Below are positions 58,308-64,000 of a stretch of DNA of 64,000 nt, in pieces. The stretch's first letter is position 1. Every line of letters begins with the position of its first letter. Under the pieces are notes generated by a model. It saw only the letters and a program-made list of their open reading frames with translations, was not told where the DNA came from and ran no database searches. This DNA is from Candidatus Krumholzibacteriia bacterium (lineage in GTDB: Bacteria; Krumholzibacteriota; Krumholzibacteriia; Krumholzibacteriales; Krumholzibacteriaceae): contig CAWIIQ010000001.1 of the NCBI GenBank assembly GCA_963836185.1, forward strand, positions 608,001 through 672,000. The letters run 5' to 3'. A program made the translations under genes and the position numbers.

Positions 58308-60872
58308 ATGGAGCGGAAAGAAACAGAAAGGCTCGCCAGTATCGTCGGCGGGATCGATCAGGCCGATGACGCGATCGCGCTTTTCGACGCGGAGGGCAGG
58401 TTTATCTACTGCAACAGGGCCTGGAAGGTCCTGCACCGCCTCGATCCCGATGCCGACTACACGGGGCAGCGGGATACGGTAATGGATATCCCTGAGCTGC
58501 GGCCCGAGATAGAGGAGGTCAAGACAGAGCTCGAACCGGGATACCGTTACGTTACAAGAAAGATCATCGAGATAGACGGGGCCGAGAAGGCATACCAGAT
58601 ATCGGTCAACTGCATAGAGGAGAACGGGCCGCCTGTCGTCCTCGTGATGTTCAGGGACGTAACGGACCTCGAGAGCGCCCGCGACGATCTCAAGAAATAC
58701 CGCGACAGGCTCGAAGAGATCGTTAAAGTGAGGACAGCGGAGCTCGAGGAGACGAACGAGATGCTCGCCGCCCAGATCGGGGAGCGCAGGGAGGCGGAGA
58801 AGTCGCTTCGTGAGAGTGAGGAGTACACCAGGACACTTTTCATGGCTCTACCCGTTCCTACTTTCACCTTCAGGAAAATAGATGTCGGGGAATTCGTATT
58901 TGAAGGGTACAACGACGCGGCGATGAAGATGACGAAGGATCACCTGGTCGATGATCTTGGGAAATCAGCCGACGTTGTCCTCGAGGGGCAGCCGAGCATA
59001 ATCGAGGATCTCGAGAGATGCTATTCGGAAAAGAAGACATTCGAGTACGAGAGGGAGTACGAAGACGAGGTCATCGGGGAGAGATGGGACCTGTCGGTCA
59101 AATATGTCTATGTCCCCCCCGATACAGTCATGGTCCATACGGAGAATATCACCGACAGGGTCAGCGCCGAGAGGGAACTGAAGAAACACCGTGACCGCCT
59201 GCAGGAACTTGTCAGGGAGAGGACGGAGGAGCTTGAGGAGGCCAACGAGCAGCTGAGAAAGGAGATCGGCCAGAGGGAAAAAGCCCAGGACGCGCTCATC
59301 GAGTCGGAACAGAAATACCGCATGATATCAGAGATGACCTCGGACTATACATTCGTCGCCGCGCTCCTTCCCGACGGTTCGCTTCGCAGGGAGTGGATGG
59401 CCGGCGCGTTCGAGAAGATAACGGGTTATTCGAGAGAAGAACTCGCCGGGCTGCTGAGCGAGTTCAGCGTCGTCCATCCGGAGGACCGGCCGAAACTGAT
59501 GAGGGTACTGCCCGGCCTGAGCAATCAGACGCCGGTAGAATCGCTCGAGTTCAGGATGATCTCGAAATCGGGCGGCATTGTCTGGGTCGAAGCGCTGGCG
59601 AGGCCGCTTCCTCCCTCAGAAGAAGGATACCCGAGAGGCATGATCGCCGTAAAAGATATCAACGACCGGAAGATGGTCGAGGTCGAGCTGGCCAGGCGAA
59701 ACAGGGAACTCACCGTCGTCAACAGGATCAGGGAAATATTCGATTCGGGCGCCAGGGAACGGGAGATAATGGATATGATCCTCGAGGCCCTCCTCGACAA
59801 CAGCGAGGCGCTGAGCGCGGGGGTCTGCAGCCTGGACAGCGATGCGGGCACTCTCGAAATAACAGCCTCGAAGAATGTATCCGATGATTTTATGCGGGAA
59901 TACGGCAAGAGCCCGTTACCCGGTGAGACAGCGTCGCAGATCGTCGACGATGACGCGGTGTTGATCATCCAGGAGGATTCCGGGGAGTCGACGAAGAGGA
60001 TGGAGGCTATGCGGGAGTACGGCATCGACCGGACGATCGCCTTTCCCGCCAGGGTCAGCCAGAGGGAGACAGCCATATTCCTGATCGGCTACGGGAAGGG
60101 CCGGGAGATCGGGCCTCAGAAGAAACGTTTCTTCGATATCGTCAGGAACCAGGTGAAACTGCAGTTCGAGCGCCGAATACTCCTCGCGGACCGCGAATAC
60201 CACGAGAGGAAGCTCAAGGAGCTTGCCGGGAGCCTGATAGACCTGATCGAGAAGGAGAGGAACATGATGGCCCTGAAGCTCCACGATGAGCTCGGGCAGG
60301 CGATAGTCGCGATAAACGGAGAGATTCTTTTCCTTGAAACCCAGATCGAATCCTGCGAGAATGAAGCGAAGGAGACTCTCGCCACGATAAAAGAGCAGCT
60401 GAAAGAGCTTACACAGAATGTTCGAGAGCTGTCGTACTCGATCCATCCGGCAGTGCTGGACGATCTTGGCCTGCGCCCCGCGCTGAGTTCTTATATCGAG
60501 AAGTTCATCGAGAGCGATGATCTGCATGTCGAACTCGTGACAACCGGGTTCGACGGCAAGCTGGTGGGAAACGAAGCGCTCACGATGTACCGCGTCGCGC
60601 AGGAAGCTCTGACGAACGTGGTAAGGCACGCGGAAGCGAGGAATGTGACGGTGAGGGTCATCCGCGGTTATCCGGATCTGATAATGGCGGTAGAGGATGA
60701 CGGCAGGGGCTTTGTCTCCGGTGGAGAGGAATCAAGGGGGCAGGGACTCGGTATAATAAATATGCGGGAACGGCTCAGGGGAATGGGAGGCAGATTCAGG
60801 ATAATTTCCGCCCCTGGAAAAGGAACAAGGATACGCGCGTCAATACCGATGGAGGAACATGATGAAGGATAA
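58308..60872 (+). CDS. Cytoplasmic PAS-PAS-PAS-GAF sensor kinase (HisKA_3)
   Basis: PAS/PAC motifs, KLHDELGQ, LDDLGL, YRVAQEALTNVVRHA, DDGRGF, GLGIINMRER. Confidence 0.93.
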   Translation: MERKETERLASIVGGIDQADDAIALFDAEGRFIYCNRAWKVLHRLDPDADYTGQRDTVMDIPELRPEIEEVKTELEPGYRYVTRKIIEIDGAEKAYQISVNCIEENGPPVVLVMFRDVTDLESARDDLKKYRDRLEEIVKVRTAELEETNEMLAAQIGERREAEKSLRESEEYTRTLFMALPVPTFTFRKIDVGEFVFEGYNDAAMKMTKDHLVDDLGKSADVVLEGQPSIIEDLERCYSEKKTFEYEREYEDEVIGERWDLSVKYVYVPPDTVMVHTENITDRVSAERELKKHRDRLQELVRERTEELEEANEQLRKEIGQREKAQDALIESEQKYRMISEMTSDYTFVAALLPDGSLRREWMAGAFEKITGYSREELAGLLSEFSVVHPEDRPKLMRVLPGLSNQTPVESLEFRMISKSGGIVWVEALARPLPPSEEGYPRGMIAVKDINDRKMVEVELARRNRELTVVNRIREIFDSGAREREIMDMILEALLDNSEALSAGVCSLDSDAGTLEITASKNVSDDFMREYGKSPLPGETASQIVDDDAVLIIQEDSGESTKRMEAMREYGIDRTIAFPARVSQRETAIFLIGYGKGREIGPQKKRFFDIVRNQVKLQFERRILLADREYHERKLKELAGSLIDLIEKERNMMALKLHDELGQAIVAINGEILFLETQIESCENEAKETLATIKEQLKELTQNVRELSYSIHPAVLDDLGLRPALSSYIEKFIESDDLHVELVTTGFDGKLVGNEALTMYRVAQEALTNVVRHAEARNVTVRVIRGYPDLIMAVEDDGRGFVSGGEESRGQGLGIINMRERLRGMGGRFRIISAPGKGTRIRASIPMEEHDEG

Positions 60873-61527
60873 AGTCAGGGTGCTGCTTGCCGAGGATCAC
60901 ACGATGTTCAGGCAGGGCGTCAGAAGGCTTGTGGAAGAGGAATCCATCGAGGTCGTCGGCGAGGTCGATAACGGGCAGGAAGCCATATCTAAGGCGATCG
61001 AACTGCTGCCCGACGTGGTGATCATGGATATAAGCATGCCGATAATGCGCGGGATCGAGGCGACGACACGCATAAAAAAGGATGTCCCTGGCACAAAGGT
61101 GATCATACTGACGATACATAACGAAGAGAACTACCTCTTCGGGGCGCTAGACGCAGGGGCCGACGGTTATGTTGTTAAGGGTGAGGATGTCAACATTCTT
61201 CTCAAGGCTGTCGAGACCGTTATGAACGGAGAGTTCTATCTCAGTTCCGAGGTGCCGGCCGACGCGCTTGAAAAATACGAGAAGCACAAGAAGTCGGGGA
61301 AGAATGCAGACGAGTTCAGCAGGCTGACCAACAGGGAGAGGGAGATACTCCAGTTGATCGCCGAGGGATACACAAGCAAGATGATAGGGGAGAAGAAGTT
61401 CATCAGCGTCAAGACGGTGGAGAACCACCGGGCGAACATCATGAACAAGCTCGACATACATGAGACCGCGGGACTGGTTCGCTACGCGATCCAGATAGGA
61501 CTCGTCGATCTCGATCTCGAGCGCTGA
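60859..61527 (+). CDS. NarL/LuxR-family response regulator
   Basis: AEDH, MDISMP, LT, YVVK, LTNREREIL..TVENHRANIMNKL. Confidence 0.95.
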   Translation: MMKDKVRVLLAEDHTMFRQGVRRLVEEESIEVVGEVDNGQEAISKAIELLPDVVIMDISMPIMRGIEATTRIKKDVPGTKVIILTIHNEENYLFGALDAGADGYVVKGEDVNILLKAVETVMNGEFYLSSEVPADALEKYEKHKKSGKNADEFSRLTNREREILQLIAEGYTSKMIGEKKFISVKTVENHRANIMNKLDIHETAGLVRYAIQIGLVDLDLER

Positions 61528-61766
61528 TCCGGATAATGCCCCGCCGGGAGCGAAAACACCGCGCCTCCTTGAAAATAGGCCGAATCCCCTATGGTAATAA
61601 ATGACAGGATTCGTTATGATTGATTAGTCCGCAGATGCGGGCGAAAAGGCTTTCGGGTAGTTCAAACTGACAAAAGAGACACTGGGACGAAAAGGTTTTA
61701 TCTGCCCGGAATAACGACATCTCGGAGGTCGTACAAGGAAAAGAGACAAACAAATATCGTTGTTTT

Positions 61767-61960
61767 TGCCGTCTGGATATAACGGGAGTTTTTTCCTTCC
61801 TACCACAAAAACCCCATCTCTTCCCCTAGGAGATGAGCCGCTTATCGGGAGAAGGCTTCCACCTGATTCGTCAGGTTCGACCAGCAACGCTCCGGTGAGA
61901 GTCCCTTAGGATCGCTTTACACTTCCATGGAGCTAAGGTCGTTTCCAGGCGGCATTTTTT
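61767..61960 (+). ncRNA. Candidate structured ncRNA (~190 nt)
   Basis: Ends pair (TGCCGTCTGGA/TCCAGGCGGCA) and are followed by T6; internal hairpins include ACCTGA-TTCG-TCAGGT. Confidence 0.35.
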
Positions 61961-62034
61961 ATGCTCCAAACCGTCCTTACAGGTATGTCCGGATGATAAT
62001 CATCCAGTGAAATGCCATTGAAACCGGACGGAAG

Positions 62035-62863
62035 ATGAATATTCACAAAATGTTAGAAAGAATGCGCGGAGCCGGGACGGCCGCCGCCGTCATGGCAGTT
62101 GATCGTACTGTATCCTGTCAGTGGGTCCTGCGAGAAGCCCCCGCACATGGAATATCCCACCAAGCTCTTCAGTCTCGACACCGGATATATCCTCGGGAAC
62201 GGAGCGAACGTCCAGATCGGGCTGGGGGAGACAGGCTTCGGGTTGAGGGACAGGGTCCAGGTTACGACAAACACACTTCTCGATATCACTACGATGGTCA
62301 ATTTTCAGCTCAAGGGCGCTATTCTGCGGGAATCGGAGAGAGCTCCGGCTCTGTCAGTGCTCATCGGCTATTACAACCTCGCCGGCTCTGACATGGCCGT
62401 CGATTATATTGTCGAGCAGGCTCTCGATGAAAACCACATCGACATGTCGTCGGGGCTCGACGTATTCGCGGTGAATGTCTCGCTGACGAAGAAGATCCTG
62501 CCAAAAGCGAGGCTGCACCTTGGTTACCAGTACAAGTTCGTCGACGGGTATTCGGATTCGAACGAGCCGATCACGCTCGATTCCGAAGGTGATTCCGTGG
62601 TCGTCGACGCGGGAGTCGATGGACAGGTGCACTACAGGGCATTTCTCGGAGGCCTCGATCTCGATCCGCTCGATCACGTGAAACTGCTCCTCGAGCTCGG
62701 GTTCGATTTCACCTACAAGGAATTCAGGGGAGGCGCCGGCGTAAGGTTCGGCGTCATGCGCAGTTTTGCCCTGCAGCTCGGAGTGGTATGGCCCGGCCTG
62801 GATCTCGATGAAGGGGTGAAGACCCCGGTCATGCCCCATCTCTCGTTCTTCTGGAGGTTTTAA
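62035..62863 (+). CDS. Hypothetical outer-membrane beta-barrel protein; likely frameshift ~62098 in the signal peptide
   Basis: Amphipathic strands, terminal FFWRF; the hydrophobic leader is split across two frames. Confidence 0.6.
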
Positions 62864-62866
62864 CGG

Positions 62867-63430
62867 ATGACGCGCGACAGGTTGATCATCATGGCGCCTC
62901 TGGCCGCCGCCGTTCTCCTCGCGGGATGCATGACGCAGCTGAAGCTGAGCAACCGTCCCGACCCTGAGAACTTCCAGCCTATCCTTTTCGCCGGGACGAC
63001 GGGAGAGTACTACGGAACGCTTTCCTTCGATTCCCCGGACGAGATGCAGGACGAGGAATACGAGATCGTCAAGATCGATATCTACGCGACGGTTTTCGCC
63101 GATACGCTCTATTTCACTTCTGCGTTCGACCTGGAGGTCGACCTTTATCTCGGTCTCGATGACAGCCCCGCGACACTCGACGACCCTGATGTCAGCGAGT
63201 ATATAACCACGGTCCGTATCGAGGCGCAGGGTGAGCGCTATTACATCGAGGCCCACGATCCGAAACTGATCCACCAGGCAGTCAGGCAGGATGAGTTCTA
63301 TCTCAAGGGCGTGGTCCGGCTCAGCAGCACGGAGGTCGTAGCCGGGCGCGTCAGGATCGACGACGTATATTTCGAAGCCTGGCTCGAGCGCGACACCTCC
63401 GGACTGATCCCATTTCTCTATCTTTTCTGA
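62867..63430 (+). CDS. Hypothetical acidic lipoprotein
   Basis: Lipobox LAG-C; beta-rich; hydrophobic tail LIPFLYLF. Confidence 0.7.
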   Translation: MTRDRLIIMAPLAAAVLLAGCMTQLKLSNRPDPENFQPILFAGTTGEYYGTLSFDSPDEMQDEEYEIVKIDIYATVFADTLYFTSAFDLEVDLYLGLDDSPATLDDPDVSEYITTVRIEAQGERYYIEAHDPKLIHQAVRQDEFYLKGVVRLSSTEVVAGRVRIDDVYFEAWLERDTSGLIPFLYLF

Positions 63431-63521
63431 TCCCTGCTCTCTCTTGCCACATCCGATACTGTTGTACTAATATTTTGTACAGTTGTCAGTCTGCCGGCAT
63501 TTCTGTCACATGGAGGGGTTC

Positions 63522-63827
63522 ATGAGCTGGACTGAGAGAAGGACACGGGTCTACAGGGAGATCGCCGAAGCGTTTGCATCGAAGACAGGTATCAGCAGCA
63601 GAGATTTCCTCGGAATATATATAGAAGCGGAAAAGCCGCCCCCGATAAGCGATTTCGAGGCGCAGTACATCCCCGACAGCGAAACGCTCGAAGATATACT
63701 CGATGCTCTAGGTGATTCGACGGGGGTAGGGGAGAAGGCGGCAGCCCATTACGACAGGCGCGAGAGTTTTTCCCAGTTCGCCGAGCACCTGCTTCGCGCC
63801 GGCGCAGGAGAGGAGGATGAGGCATGA
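63522..63827 (+). CDS. Hypothetical protein
   Basis: GGAGG SD before MSWTERR; ATGA overlap with the next gene. Confidence 0.6.
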   Translation: MSWTERRTRVYREIAEAFASKTGISSRDFLGIYIEAEKPPPISDFEAQYIPDSETLEDILDALGDSTGVGEKAAAHYDRRESFSQFAEHLLRAGAGEEDEA

Positions 63828-64000
63828 GGAAAGCCGTCACCTGCTCAGTCGTGATACTTGCCTTAGCTCTTCCATGTAATGTCTCGGCCGTCCCCGATTT
63901 TACTGGCGAGTCCGCCGTCTTCTTCGACAGGGGGCATTACTGGATCGAGCTGGGCCTGTCGTCGACGGCGGGCACCTTCGATTCAGGGGAGCCCGGCAAA
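63824..64000 (+). CDS. Secreted hypothetical protein, runs off the window edge
   Basis: MRKAVTCSVVILALALPCNVSA-VPDFTGESAVFFDRGHYWIELG; ATGA coupling. Confidence 0.6.
   Translation, partial: MRKAVTCSVVILALALPCNVSAVPDFTGESAVFFDRGHYWIELGLSSTAGTFDSGEPGK

Noticed and set aside
58108-58308. TPP riboswitch upstream of thi4
   Set aside because: The conserved CUGAGA and ACCUGA..AAU..CG.AGG elements were not found on the minus strand.
61655-61700. c-di-GMP-I riboswitch (CAAAC...GGGACGAAAAG words)
   Set aside because: The intervening stem with a GNRA loop and the downstream P3 consensus do not form convincingly.
1-64000. CRISPR array, prophage, IS, integron, tRNA or rRNA
   Set aside because: No regularly spaced repeats, transposase/integrase motifs or cloverleaf/rRNA signatures were seen.

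Overview
A GC-rich (roughly 60% by eye) chromosomal window with no rRNA, tRNA, CRISPR array, integrase or transposase. It probably comes from an anaerobic, peptide-fermenting diderm of the FCB superphylum (Krumholzibacteriota/Latescibacterota-like). That is an inference from an NPFNP/FlgD-type C-terminal sorting domain, PorT-like beta-barrels, S9/C1A peptidases, an OPT transporter, a rubrerythrin/rubredoxin cluster, Buk/Ptb and a His-type Thi4. About 55 CDSs are supported. Several are broken by small indels, with 8 between about 5860 and 8910; these look like long-read errors. The strongest candidate for an undescribed system is at 2279-4297. There, a CapK/PaaK-type adenylating ligase has lost most of its small C-terminal subdomain and is fused to an aspartate decarboxylase (PanD)-like domain, followed by a stand-alone PanD. 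The two PanD copies have lost complementary sets of active-site residues, which suggests an obligate heteromeric decarboxylase tethered to a ligase. Other notable items are a half-ferritin/PP2C phosphatase fusion and a His-less pseudo-kinase in a PerR-rubrerythrin locus, and an acyl-CoA transferase-GNAT/AcuC/Buk-Ptb operon. There are also two candidate intergenic ncRNAs, two small ORFs missed by the ORF track, and a papain-like protease with an unknown Cys-rich domain and an IPTL-CTERM-like tail.
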